Shown: piece after piece, positions 8,895-18,262 of the stretch
Position numbering within the stretch: the first letter of the stretch is position 1
Layout of the letters: the number at the start of each line of letters is the position of its first letter
Source of the DNA: Litorivicinaceae bacterium
Lineage (GTDB): Bacteria > Pseudomonadota > Gammaproteobacteria > Pseudomonadales > Litorivicinaceae
DNA length: 64,000 nucleotides
Direction of reading: 5' to 3'
Assembly: GCA_965659195.1 (NCBI GenBank)
Contig: CBFHVZ010000006.1
Location: 2,076 to 66,075 of the forward strand
The notes under the pieces: model-generated
Seen by the model: the letters and a program-made list of their open reading frames with translations, nothing else
What the model was told of the DNA's origin: nothing
Databases searched by the model: none
Made by a program: the position numbers and the translations under genes

Positions 8895-10787
8895 TTAGGC
8901 GATATCCGCCAAATGACCGCTGTCTTCAAGCCACCGTTTCCGGTCGGATGCACGTTTTTTACCGAGCAACCGATCCATCACTTCGTCTGTGGCCGGACCC
9001 TCATCGTCATCTTCAAGTACCAACTGCACCAAACGGCGGGTATCCGGATCCATGGTCGTCACTCGCAATTGCGCGGGATTCATTTCGCCCAACCCCTTAA
9101 ACCGAGTAACCGCAATTTTTCCTGATCGCTTTTCGGCCGAGAGACGATCCAACACACCCTGCTTTTCCGCATCATCGAGTGCGTAAAACACCTCTTTACC
9201 GACATCGATTCGATACAAAGGCGGCATGGCGACAAACACATGGCCACTTTCCACCACAGGTCGGAAGTGCTTCACAAACAACGCACACAAAAGCGTCGCA
9301 ATGTGCAGCCCGTCACTGTCGGCATCGGCGAGAATACACACCTTCCCATAGCGCAGTCCGGTCAGATCCTCAGAGCCTGGATCCACCCCAATCGCCACGG
9401 CGATATCGTGCACTTCCTGGCTGGCTAAAATCTCACCCGAATCGACTTCCCATGTATTCAAAATCTTGCCACGGAGTGGCATCACTGCCTGAAACTCGCG
9501 ATCACGGGCTTGCTTGGCGGAGCCTCCGGCTGAGTCACCTTCCACTAAGAAAAGTTCGCCTGCCATCGCATCAGCCCCAGCGCAGTCCGCCAACTTGCCC
9601 GGCAAGGCTGGGCCCTGGGTTACTTTTTTCCGAGCCACCTGCTTTCGGGACTTCAAGCGGCGTTGCGCGGCGGCAATGGCCAATTCAGCAAGCTGCTCCC
9701 CAACTTGTGTATTGGAGTTTAGAAAGAGACTGAACGCGTCACGGACCACACCGCTGACAAACACCGCGCATTCACGCGAACTCAAGCGCTCCTTGGTTTG
9801 CCCCGAGAATTGAGGGTCTTCAAGTTTGACGCTCAACACATACGCACAACGCTCCCACAAATCGTCTGGCGACAATTTCAAACCGCGGGGCACTAGGTTT
9901 CTGAACTCACAAAATTCACGTAACGCATCCATCAAGCCAGTACGCAATCCATTCACATGCGTTCCACCTTGTGCTGTTGGGATGAGGTTCACATAGGACT
10001 CAGTGACTAAATCACCCCCCTCTGGCAACCAAACTAAAGCCCATTCAACCGCTTCATGGGTTGCGCTGAACTGACCCACATAGGGGACTTCGGGGACCGA
10101 AACTGCATCACCGATTTCTGTTTGCAAATACTCAGTCAAACCGGCCTGATAACACCACTCTGTGGTCTCACCGCTTTTTTCATCGGATAGGCAAATGGTC
10201 AGCCCGGAACATAAAACCGCTTTTGCCCGCAACAGGTGCTTTAAGCGGGACACCGAGATATTGGCGGAATCAAAATAACTGGCATCTGGCCAAAATCGGA
10301 CCGTCGTGCCCGTCTCTTTTTTCAAGCAGGCGCCTATTTCAGAGAGCTCACGGACCTTGTCGCCGTTTGCGAATCCAATGTCGTATCGGACGCCTCCCCG
10401 ACGCACTTCCACATCCAACCGAGAGGACAGAGCGTTGACCACACTGACCCCCACACCGTGTAACCCACCTGAGAATTGGTAGTTCTTGTTGGAAAACTTA
10501 CCGCCTGCGTGCAGCCGAGTCAGAATCAGCTCAACCCCAGGAATGCCTTCCTCAGGGTGTAAATCAACGGGCATCCCTCGCCCGTTGTCAGTCACAGACA
10601 CGGAGCCGTCCGCACCCAACGCCACCTCAATCCGATTGGCATGGCCGGCTAGGGCTTCATCCACCGAGTTGTCGATGACTTCTTGAGCCAAGTGATTGGG
10701 TCGAGTCGTGTCGGTGTACATCCCCGGGCGGCGTTTGACCGGGTCAAGGCCCGAAAGGACCTCAATATCCTGTGCTTGATAGCTCAT
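8895..10787 (-). CDS. parE: DNA topoisomerase IV subunit B
   Basis: 630 aa. GHKL ATPase N-terminus (GLDPVKRRPGMYT, EVIDNSVDEA) and Toprim motif EGDSAGGSAKQARDREFQA. Length and the nudF-yqiB-parE context favour ParE over GyrB. Confidence 0.9.
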   Translation of the reverse strand: MSYQAQDIEVLSGLDPVKRRPGMYTDTTRPNHLAQEVIDNSVDEALAGHANRIEVALGADGSVSVTDNGRGMPVDLHPEEGIPGVELILTRLHAGGKFSNKNYQFSGGLHGVGVSVVNALSSRLDVEVRRGGVRYDIGFANGDKVRELSEIGACLKKETGTTVRFWPDASYFDSANISVSRLKHLLRAKAVLCSGLTICLSDEKSGETTEWCYQAGLTEYLQTEIGDAVSVPEVPYVGQFSATHEAVEWALVWLPEGGDLVTESYVNLIPTAQGGTHVNGLRTGLMDALREFCEFRNLVPRGLKLSPDDLWERCAYVLSVKLEDPQFSGQTKERLSSRECAVFVSGVVRDAFSLFLNSNTQVGEQLAELAIAAAQRRLKSRKQVARKKVTQGPALPGKLADCAGADAMAGELFLVEGDSAGGSAKQARDREFQAVMPLRGKILNTWEVDSGEILASQEVHDIAVAIGVDPGSEDLTGLRYGKVCILADADSDGLHIATLLCALFVKHFRPVVESGHVFVAMPPLYRIDVGKEVFYALDDAEKQGVLDRLSAEKRSGKIAVTRFKGLGEMNPAQLRVTTMDPDTRRLVQLVLEDDDEGPATDEVMDRLLGKKRASDRKRWLEDSGHLADIA

Positions 10788-11244
10788 CAGGTTCTATTCC
10801 ATAAACAGATAAATCGGCCATTCCATGATGCAAACAATACGACAGCCACTCACTTAAAAACTGATCCAGCTGCTCCCGCTCGTTAGGCTGGAGCATTTTG
10901 GGGTTGGGGTAGGGATAAGCCCCGGCAATAAACTCCTGACTGGTTTCATCCGTCACCTCCGCCAATTGCATGTCGTGATACAGGCGAACGGTAAAGGCTG
11001 GCAACGGAAGCCAGGTCGACTCGCCAGTTAACAAGCTGCACTGGCTTTCGCACAATCCGGTATAAGGGCCGAGCGTACGAAGACGCATGCGAACCTGGCA
11101 ATCTTGGCCACCAAAGGGCAGCACAAATACCAAGCGATCGCCCTGACCAAACCGCTTAAACAGACGCATTAACAAGCCGTAGTTCAAGCCACAGCTGGCA
11201 TGGTGTCGCTGTAAATTCGGCACGTGCTTGGCCCGGATTGGCAC
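10762..11244 (-). CDS. yqiB: DUF1249 family protein (YqiB-like)
   Basis: TVRLYHDMQLAEV and YPNPKM...FLSEWLSYCLHHG resemble the E. coli YqiB motifs as I recall them. The position between nudF and parE matches E. coli. GTG start lies 1 nt after the nudF stop. Confidence 0.65.
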   Translation of the reverse strand: MPIRAKHVPNLQRHHASCGLNYGLLMRLFKRFGQGDRLVFVLPFGGQDCQVRMRLRTLGPYTGLCESQCSLLTGESTWLPLPAFTVRLYHDMQLAEVTDETSQEFIAGAYPYPNPKMLQPNEREQLDQFLSEWLSYCLHHGMADLSVYGIEPDELSSTGY

Positions 11245-11245
11245 C

Positions 11246-11872
11246 TTAACTCTCCTTACTCGATGGCGTCTGCATCAGAAGCCACTGGAGGCCAATAATG
11301 GTCGCAGCGTTATTCACCTGTCCAGTCATTAAGGCATCCAAGGCGGCCATTCGATCGATCACATGCACTCTCAAATCCTCATGCTCCGAGGCTTGCCCAC
11401 AGAACTCAGATACCTGGCGGGCATCGCAATGAGCCCAGTACAAATGAATCAATTCCGTGGACCCGCCAGGGCTTGGGTAGTAGGTGAATAGATGGTTGAC
11501 CGGGCCGTCCAATACCATGCCCGTTTCTTCGGTGACTTCCCGTCGAGCCGTATCTTCCGGCGACTCACCGGGATCACAGATGCCTGCGACCCATTCCAAC
11601 ATCCACGGGCTGTCGGGCAACGAAGAACAAGCCGCCCCGATACGAAACTGTTCAACCATCACCACCGCATCTTGATCGGGGTCATACAAAATCACCACCA
11701 CCGCAGGCTCACGAATAAAAAGCTCTCGAGACATCGGGCCAACGGCCTCTCGGGTATGACCACGATGCGTGAGCTCTAGACGATCTAATTGAAAGAAACC
11801 ATCGGCCACGCGTTCCCGGGAAAGAAGTTTCCAATCGTGGGCACCAAGGGTCAGGGTTGGCCAATCGCTCAC
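11246..11872 (-). CDS. nudF: ADP-ribose pyrophosphatase (Nudix hydrolase)
   Basis: Nudix box GICDPGESPEDTARREVTEETG. 208 aa. GTGA start/stop overlap with thiD. Confidence 0.8.
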   Translation of the reverse strand: MSDWPTLTLGAHDWKLLSRERVADGFFQLDRLELTHRGHTREAVGPMSRELFIREPAVVVILYDPDQDAVVMVEQFRIGAACSSLPDSPWMLEWVAGICDPGESPEDTARREVTEETGMVLDGPVNHLFTYYPSPGGSTELIHLYWAHCDARQVSEFCGQASEHEDLRVHVIDRMAALDALMTGQVNNAATIIGLQWLLMQTPSSKES

Positions 11873-12672
11873 TTGGCCTCCCAGAGATTCCAGAAATGAT
11901 GGACCGGTCCATGCCCCTGCCCCACATCCAGCTGATCTGCGTGGGCAATGGCACCAGAGATGTACGCCTTCGCATGCATCACCGAAGCTTCAACGGAATG
12001 CCCTTGCCCCAGATACGACGCCAACGCACTCGACAGCGTGCACCCTGTGCCGTGCGTATTTCGAGTGGGCACCCGCTCACTCTCAAACCACGTCTCGGTA
12101 TGGGCGGTCACCAGGACATCCGGCGAGCCGGATGTCAGCAAATGCCCACCCTTTAACAGACAGGCTGTGGCACCGAGTGCAATCACCTGTTTGGCATGTT
12201 CGGTCATACCCTCTTTTGAAGAGGCCTCAGCGGTACCCAGTAAATCGGCGGCCTCAGGCAAGTTTGGCGTGACCACAGTGGCCCGCGGCAATAAGGCATC
12301 ACGTAAAGCGGCCACTGCATCCGCATGCAACAAACGATCACCGCTCTTGGCTACCATCACCGGATCCACCACAACGGGGCCCTCAAAATCGGATAAAAAG
12401 TCGGCGACTGCTACCGTGACCTCGGGTGTGCCCAACATGCCAACCTTAATTGCATCGATCCGGATATCGCGAGAAACCGATTCCAACTGAGCTTTAAGGA
12501 AGTCAATTGCGACTGGATAAATCGCATCCACCCCGACCGTGTTCTGCGCCGTCAATGCGGTAATCACGCTAAGGCCATAACCGCCGGTCGCGGAAATCGC
12601 CTTCAGGTCCGCCTGAATGCCGGCTCCACCGCCTGAGTCGGATCCGGCTATCGTCAAAATATTCGCAATCAT
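11869..12672 (-). CDS. thiD: bifunctional hydroxymethylpyrimidine/phosphomethylpyrimidine kinase
   Basis: ILTIAGSDSGGGAGIQADLK motif and ribokinase-like fold. ATG at 12672 is preceded by AAGGAG. The track ORF extends to 12708 without an SD. Confidence 0.9.
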   Translation of the reverse strand: MIANILTIAGSDSGGGAGIQADLKAISATGGYGLSVITALTAQNTVGVDAIYPVAIDFLKAQLESVSRDIRIDAIKVGMLGTPEVTVAVADFLSDFEGPVVVDPVMVAKSGDRLLHADAVAALRDALLPRATVVTPNLPEAADLLGTAEASSKEGMTEHAKQVIALGATACLLKGGHLLTSGSPDVLVTAHTETWFESERVPTRNTHGTGCTLSSALASYLGQGHSVEASVMHAKAYISGAIAHADQLDVGQGHGPVHHFWNLWEAK

Positions 12673-12731
12673 GCTGTCTCCTTTCCGTCCAGTGTAGCGG
12701 GTTTGCACTCATTTCCGGCTATACTCGCGCC

Positions 12732-12848
12732 ATGAAAACTTTGCTTTGTATTGTCTGCTTCTCGATGACCCTGATTTTGACTGGCTGCGGCCAGACGGGG
12801 CCGCTGTATTTACCGGATCAACCCGAAAAGACGGTTGACGGACGCTAA
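12732..12848 (+). CDS. lptM: small lipoprotein LptM (YifL family), 38 aa
   Basis: Not in the ORF track because it is under 60 aa. My translation is MKTLLCIVCFSMTLILTGCGQTGPLYLPDQPEKTVDGR. It has a lipobox LTGC followed by the conserved GPLYLP motif. It sits directly upstream of lysA-dapF, as yifL sits upstream of dapF in E. coli. Confidence 0.8.
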   Translation: MKTLLCIVCFSMTLILTGCGQTGPLYLPDQPEKTVDGR

Positions 12849-12850
12849 CT

Positions 12851-14107
12851 ATGGATTATTTCAATTACCGAGGAAGCGACCTCTACGCTGAAGATGTGGC
12901 CGTTTCTGAAATCGCCAAGGCAGTGGGCACGCCCTGTTATGTGTATTCAAAAGCCACTCTACTGAGGCATTTCCATGCGTACGCCGACGCCTTGACCGAC
13001 ATCCCGCACTTGGTGTGTTTTGGCATGAAGGCCAATTCAAATCTGGCGATTTTGGAGTTATTGGCAGAGGCCGGCGCAGGCTTCGACATCGTCTCCGTGG
13101 GCGAGTTAGAGCGCGTGCTGGCAGCGGGCGGCGATCCCGCCAAAATCGTATTCTCAGGAGTCGGGAAACAAAGACACGAGATGCAACGCGCATTGGAAGT
13201 GGGCATCCACTGTTTTAACGTGGAGTCTCTGGCGGAACTCGACCAACTGAATGCCGTAGCACTCGACCTGGGCACCGTGGCGCCCGTCTCGTTACGGATC
13301 AATCCAGACGTGGACCCAAAGACCCACCCCTACATTTCAACCGGTCTCAACGGCAGCAAGTTCGGGATCGCCCACAAAGACACGCTCATGGCGTACCGGC
13401 ATGCGGCTTCTCTGCCCGGGCTGAATCCAATTGGCATCGATTGCCATATTGGCTCGCAATTGACGGATATTGCGCCCTTGCTTGAAGCCCTCGATAAACT
13501 TATTGAGTTGGTGGCGTCACTGAAAGCCGATGGCATCGATCTGCATCACATTGATTTAGGCGGCGGTCTCGGTGTGCCGTATCAAGATGAAACACCGCCG
13601 CATCCGAGCGAGTACATGACCGCGGTCAAAGCCAAAATTGCAGACACCGGCTTAACCTTAGTTTTGGAGCCCGGGCGATCCATTGCGGCCAATGCAGGGA
13701 TTTTTGTCACCGAAGCGATCCTAACCAAGACCAATCAGGATCATCACTTTGTGGTGGTCGATGGCGCCATGAATGACCTGATCCGGCCAAGTCTCTATGG
13801 TGCCTGGCAGAACATCATACCGGTCTCCACAGCACCTCATGACGGCCAAGTCGAAGCATCCTTTGACGTGGTGGGTCCGGTCTGCGAATCGGGCGACTTC
13901 TTAGGGAAAGCTCGCACACTCCGAGTCGGCGCCGGCGATCTATTAGCCGTCCGGTCGGCGGGCGCCTATGGGTTTGTCATGGCCTCTAACTACAACACGC
14001 GGCCGAGAGCGCCTGAGGTTTTGGTCGACGGAGACCAGATGCATGTGATTCGCGAACGCGAAACGCTGGAGAGCCTCTGGGCCCTTGAGCACCGAGTGAG
14101 TCGCTAA
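12851..14107 (+). CDS. lysA: diaminopimelate decarboxylase
   Basis: PLP-lysine motif FGMKANSN, plus DLGGGLGVPY, EPGRSIAANAG and CESGD. 418 aa, adjacent to dapF. Confidence 0.92.
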   Translation: MDYFNYRGSDLYAEDVAVSEIAKAVGTPCYVYSKATLLRHFHAYADALTDIPHLVCFGMKANSNLAILELLAEAGAGFDIVSVGELERVLAAGGDPAKIVFSGVGKQRHEMQRALEVGIHCFNVESLAELDQLNAVALDLGTVAPVSLRINPDVDPKTHPYISTGLNGSKFGIAHKDTLMAYRHAASLPGLNPIGIDCHIGSQLTDIAPLLEALDKLIELVASLKADGIDLHHIDLGGGLGVPYQDETPPHPSEYMTAVKAKIADTGLTLVLEPGRSIAANAGIFVTEAILTKTNQDHHFVVVDGAMNDLIRPSLYGAWQNIIPVSTAPHDGQVEASFDVVGPVCESGDFLGKARTLRVGAGDLLAVRSAGAYGFVMASNYNTRPRAPEVLVDGDQMHVIRERETLESLWALEHRVSR

Positions 14108-14946
14108 TGCGTGTGTCCTTCACCAAGATGCATGGCTTAGGCAACGATTTTGTGGTGATCGATGCCATCAGTCAGCACGTGAGTTTACGTCCTGCCCAAA
14201 TTACCAAGCTGGCGGATCGACACACCGGCGTTGGATTTGATCAATTATTGCTCATTGAACCCCCATCCCGTCCAGACGCTGACTTCGACTACCGAATTTT
14301 CAATGCCGATGGCGGCGAAGTGGCGCATTGCGGGAACGGGGCGCGTTGCTTTGCGAAGTTTGTCATCGACCGCGGTCTTACCGCGAAGTCCGACATCACC
14401 GTCAATACGGCACGCGGCCTCATTACACTGAGTTTCGATGACCAAGGCTGGGTCAAAGTCAATATGGGCGCACCGCGCTTCGAGGCTGACGTCCTGCCCT
14501 ATCAGGGACCGCCCACACCGGATCCGCAGTCGACCGTCACACTTGAGAGCCCTGTCGGTCCTTTGGAATTTGGCTTAGTCAGTATGGGCAACCCGCATGC
14601 GGTCGCGCGCGTGGCGTCGGTAGAGACCACGCCAGTCGAAATCGTAGGCCCGGCCATCCAAGCTATGTCCCAGTTCCCAGAATCGGTCAACGTGGGCTTT
14701 ATGCAGATAGACAGCCCATCACAAATCAGCCTTCGCGTCTTTGAGCGAGGCGTCGGCGAGACGCAAGCCTGTGGCACAGGCGCCTGTGCGGCCGTCGCCT
14801 ACGGACGTCTTCAAGGATGGCTCGATGCCCAAGTGACCGTTGCAACTCGCGGCGGAAACCTGCAGATTGAATGGCAGGGGAACGATCACGACCTAATCAT
14901 GATCGGTCCTGCAGAAACGGTGTTTGAGGGAGAAGTTCGGCTGTGA
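14107..14946 (+). CDS. dapF: diaminopimelate epimerase
   Basis: FTKMHGLGNDFVVID and the two catalytic-Cys motifs CGNGARCF and ACGTGACAA. 279 aa. Confidence 0.93.
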   Translation: MRVSFTKMHGLGNDFVVIDAISQHVSLRPAQITKLADRHTGVGFDQLLLIEPPSRPDADFDYRIFNADGGEVAHCGNGARCFAKFVIDRGLTAKSDITVNTARGLITLSFDDQGWVKVNMGAPRFEADVLPYQGPPTPDPQSTVTLESPVGPLEFGLVSMGNPHAVARVASVETTPVEIVGPAIQAMSQFPESVNVGFMQIDSPSQISLRVFERGVGETQACGTGACAAVAYGRLQGWLDAQVTVATRGGNLQIEWQGNDHDLIMIGPAETVFEGEVRL

Positions 14947-15623
14947 GCCTAAATGCAGAGGACGTAAAAGCGTATTTAAAGGCGCATCCTGAGTTCTTCG
15001 AAGACCATGCGGACCTCGTCACCTCACTTAGGATTCCAACCGACACAGGCAGCGCGATCTCTTTGGTGGAGTTCCAACTCAGAAAGCTCCGTGACCAGGT
15101 TTCACAACTCGAACGTGAAAACGATCACATGATTGAGACAGCGCGCATCAACAGCGTACTGTTTGAAAAAACCCGCTCTCTCGTACTGGCACTCCTCGAT
15201 GCGCGTGATTTAGAAGACCTCGCCGTAGCGTTGGATGAAAAACTGGGTCAAGGATTCGACATTCCTGAGGTTCGGCTGCTGTTGTCTGATCAATTCAAAG
15301 TACCGAGCCAAATTACTGGGATTCAGCCGATTGCCGCCTCCGACCTATCAGACGGCGGATCGCTGGCGCACGCCCTGTCCGATCAAAACCCGTGGATCGG
15401 CCGACTCGATAAGGCACGCCGTACGTCCCTGTTCGGCAGTGCGGCGGATGGTGTAGAAAGCGCGGCCGCTCTCGGACTGGTCCGTGGTCACACCTATGGC
15501 CTTTTGGCGTTAGGACATCCTGATCCAACACATTTTCAATCCAACCAAGACACCCTGTTTCTCGACCACATCGGTGAGGCGTTGGCGATGATCTTGCCGC
15601 GCCTTTTGAAGCGGGCCAAATGA
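14943..15623 (+). CDS. DUF484 family protein (YigA-like)
   Basis: N-terminus AEDVKAYLKAHPEFFEDHADL is typical of DUF484. Conserved position between dapF and xerC. GTGA overlap with the dapF stop. Confidence 0.75.
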   Translation: MSLNAEDVKAYLKAHPEFFEDHADLVTSLRIPTDTGSAISLVEFQLRKLRDQVSQLERENDHMIETARINSVLFEKTRSLVLALLDARDLEDLAVALDEKLGQGFDIPEVRLLLSDQFKVPSQITGIQPIAASDLSDGGSLAHALSDQNPWIGRLDKARRTSLFGSAADGVESAAALGLVRGHTYGLLALGHPDPTHFQSNQDTLFLDHIGEALAMILPRLLKRAK

Positions 15624-15624
15624 T

Positions 15625-16521
15625 ATGACCTTGGCGGAGTTGGTGACACAGTACGTGGATGCCAGCCGACAAAGTCAGAGGCATCTGCCCAAAACACTCG
15701 ACGCGTACCAGCGCGACTTCAATCAAGCACTCGCCTTCTTTGGTGAGGACTGCACACTGTCAGACATCGACACGGCAGCCATTATGGGTTGGATCCGAGC
15801 CATGACGGCAAAACGTCAGACCGGGCGCACCATCGCACGCAAGCTATCGGCCATTCGGACTCTATTTGGCTATGCGATTCAAAATCGTTGGATGACCGCC
15901 AACCCCGCAGCCGACGTACGCGCCCCAAAAAGTGCTAAACGACTGCCCCATGCGTTAACACCCGAAGCCATGGGGCAACTGCTCGATCGACCCGTCTCAA
16001 ACGATGATCTGGCCTCGGTTCGGGATCAGGCCCTGTTTGAGCTTTTGTATTCGTCAGGCCTCCGCTTAAGCGAAGCCTTGAGTCTCAAACTGCGGGATCT
16101 TCCAAAGGGAAGTAGCGAAGTGCGAGTGCTGGGCAAAGGACAGAAGGAACGCATCGTGCCCGTGGGTGACATGGCACTTGCCGCCATTGCCCGGTGGACC
16201 TTGCTCCGTCCTCAATGGGACACCGGCGAAAGCGACGCGCTATTCATCACTGCCAAAGGGCGTCCTTTACATCCGAGAACGGTTCAGCGGCGGTTGGAAA
16301 GTCGAGCAGTGGAGGCCGGCCTTGAGCATCATGTACATCCGCATGCATTGAGGCATTCAGCGGCCACGCATTTACTCGAATCGTCTAAAGATCTGCGCGC
16401 GATTCAGGAGTTTTTGGGGCACGCCAGTCTGTCGACCACTCAGATTTATACTCACCTCGACTTTCAGCATTTGGCCGAGGTATATGATTCAGCCCACCCG
16501 CGAGCCAAAAAGAAGCCATGA
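15625..16521 (+). CDS. xerC: tyrosine recombinase XerC
   Basis: Catalytic region HPHALRHSAATHLLE and LGHASLSTTQIYTH. 298 aa, in dapF-yigA-xerC-yigB synteny. Confidence 0.9.
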   Translation: MTLAELVTQYVDASRQSQRHLPKTLDAYQRDFNQALAFFGEDCTLSDIDTAAIMGWIRAMTAKRQTGRTIARKLSAIRTLFGYAIQNRWMTANPAADVRAPKSAKRLPHALTPEAMGQLLDRPVSNDDLASVRDQALFELLYSSGLRLSEALSLKLRDLPKGSSEVRVLGKGQKERIVPVGDMALAAIARWTLLRPQWDTGESDALFITAKGRPLHPRTVQRRLESRAVEAGLEHHVHPHALRHSAATHLLESSKDLRAIQEFLGHASLSTTQIYTHLDFQHLAEVYDSAHPRAKKKP

Positions 16522-17210
16522 ACTCAATCAAAGCCATCACGTTTGATCTTGATAACACCCTCTGGGAAACCGATGTCTCCATCCTCGGTGCAGAGCGTGT
16601 GATGCATGATCATCTCTTGGAAGTAGCGCCTGCAGCCATGATGGCGGACTTCAGCCTTGAGGCCTTTCGAGCCACACGCGCGACTGTGGTGGCCGAACAG
16701 CCCGACATCGCACATCAGTTGACTGTGGTTCGACGCGAAACTTTGATCCGATGGTTTATCGAACGTGGCGCATCACGCGCCGAAGCGGAGGGCTTGGCCG
16801 GCGAAGGATTTCGCGTGTTCTACCATGCTCGCCAACAAGTAGAGCCCTATCCCGGCACTGAGGAAGCGCTTGCTAAATTGGCCAGTCGATTCCCCTTAGC
16901 CGCTATCACCAACGGCAATGCCGATTTAATGGCGATGCCACTCGGACGCCATTTTAAATTTTCGCTTCAAGCCGAACACTTTCCGGCCGCAAAACCCGAC
17001 CCCGCGATGTTTGAAAGCGCATTGGACCGACTAGGTGTCCCGGCACATGCGTGTCTGCATGTGGGCGATGATCTCGATCATGACGTACGAGGCGCACAGG
17101 CGGTGGGTATGAAGGCCGTCTGGGTAAACACCCGAGGCCGCGAGATCGACGAGGGTTTTGAACCCGACCTTATTGTCCGTCGGGTCGCCGATCTCCTCGA
17201 TCACCTCTAG
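16518..17210 (+). CDS. HAD-superfamily hydrolase (YigB-like phosphatase)
   Basis: HAD motif I ITFDLDNTLW and motif IV HVGDDLDHD. Follows xerC as yigB does in E. coli. Confidence 0.75.
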   Translation: MNSIKAITFDLDNTLWETDVSILGAERVMHDHLLEVAPAAMMADFSLEAFRATRATVVAEQPDIAHQLTVVRRETLIRWFIERGASRAEAEGLAGEGFRVFYHARQQVEPYPGTEEALAKLASRFPLAAITNGNADLMAMPLGRHFKFSLQAEHFPAAKPDPAMFESALDRLGVPAHACLHVGDDLDHDVRGAQAVGMKAVWVNTRGREIDEGFEPDLIVRRVADLLDHL

Positions 17211-18166
17211 GCCACTCGATTGATCGGCGCACCCTCAATAAAGGCTTCTAAATTCGCTTGCATAATATCGACAATCCGCTGACGCGACTCTCGACTCGCC
17301 CACGCAGAATGAGGCGTGATCACTAAGTTGGGGTGCGAACAGGCGAGTAAGGGTGAATCCGGCGCTGGGGGCTCGACGGTCATAACATCCAGCCCAGCAC
17401 CGCCTAAGTGGCCGGATTCTAGGGCCTCCACCAAAGCGGCCTCATCCACTAATCCACCGCGCGCGGTATTGATGAAGAACGAGCCAGGTTTCATCCGTGC
17501 AAAAGCGTCCCGGTTCATCATTTTCTGCGTATCAGCATTCAACAGGCCATGCAAACTGACGAAGTCCGATTGCTCCAACAAGGTATTGAAGTCCACCCGT
17601 TCGGTTCCGTCCTCATAGCTGACGCCGGGCCGGCCCATCACCAACACCCGCATCCCAAAGGCTTCTGCCAAGTGACCCACCTGACGACCCAGCTCACCAT
17701 ATCCGATGAGACCCAGGGTTCGACCCGAAAGATCTAAAATTGGGTAATCCATCAAACAGAACATTGGACTCTCTGACCAACGACCCTGACGAACATCGTC
17801 GCGATACCGTTCAACCTGGGTCGCAACCATCAACATCAAAAGCAAGGTGTGCTGGCTGACCGACGGCGTGCCGTAGGCTGCGACATTACAAACCACCACG
17901 CCATGATCGGAAGCGGCTGCTTTGTCCACATTATCGGTGCCGGTTGCAGACACTAGGATGAGTTTCAGTGAAGGCGCTGCTTCAAAATGGGCCCGCTCAA
18001 ATTTCACCTTATTGAGGATGACCACATCAAAGCCCTCGATACGCTCGATGACTTGATCCGGCGCGGTGACATCGTGGGTCACAAACTCAGAGGTGACTTG
18101 AGCCAGCCGCTCGAAATCCAGTTCTTCGGGTTTCATGGATTGATAATCTAGAAATACAGCTCGCAT
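17207..18166 (-). CDS. D-isomer-specific 2-hydroxyacid dehydrogenase (glycerate dehydrogenase/hydroxypyruvate reductase-like)
   Basis: NAD-binding GLIGYGELGRQV, catalytic region NTARGGLVDE, and the ...ITPHSAW motif. Confidence 0.8.
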   Translation of the reverse strand: MRAVFLDYQSMKPEELDFERLAQVTSEFVTHDVTAPDQVIERIEGFDVVILNKVKFERAHFEAAPSLKLILVSATGTDNVDKAAASDHGVVVCNVAAYGTPSVSQHTLLLMLMVATQVERYRDDVRQGRWSESPMFCLMDYPILDLSGRTLGLIGYGELGRQVGHLAEAFGMRVLVMGRPGVSYEDGTERVDFNTLLEQSDFVSLHGLLNADTQKMMNRDAFARMKPGSFFINTARGGLVDEAALVEALESGHLGGAGLDVMTVEPPAPDSPLLACSHPNLVITPHSAWASRESRQRIVDIMQANLEAFIEGAPINRVA

Positions 18167-18214
18167 GGGGATTCTCTTTGTTATCGGAGCTCGGAGTGTA
18201 AAGAAATCTCAGGC

Positions 18215-18240
18215 AAAAAAAAGGGCGACCGAAGTCGCCC
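18215..18240 (-). terminator. rho-independent terminator downstream of amtB
   Basis: The minus strand reads GGGCGAC-TTCG-GTCGCCC followed by TTTTTTTT, 23 nt after the amtB stop. Confidence 0.85.
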
Positions 18241-18262
18241 TATAAACAGTTCCTGGGAGAAA

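Noticed and set aside
15625-16521. Tyrosine recombinase as a marker of an integrated mobile element
   Set aside because: It sits in the conserved housekeeping dapF-yigA(DUF484)-xerC-yigB context with overlapping start/stop codons. No flanking tRNA, direct repeats or phage/IS genes are present. It is the chromosomal dimer-resolution recombinase XerC.
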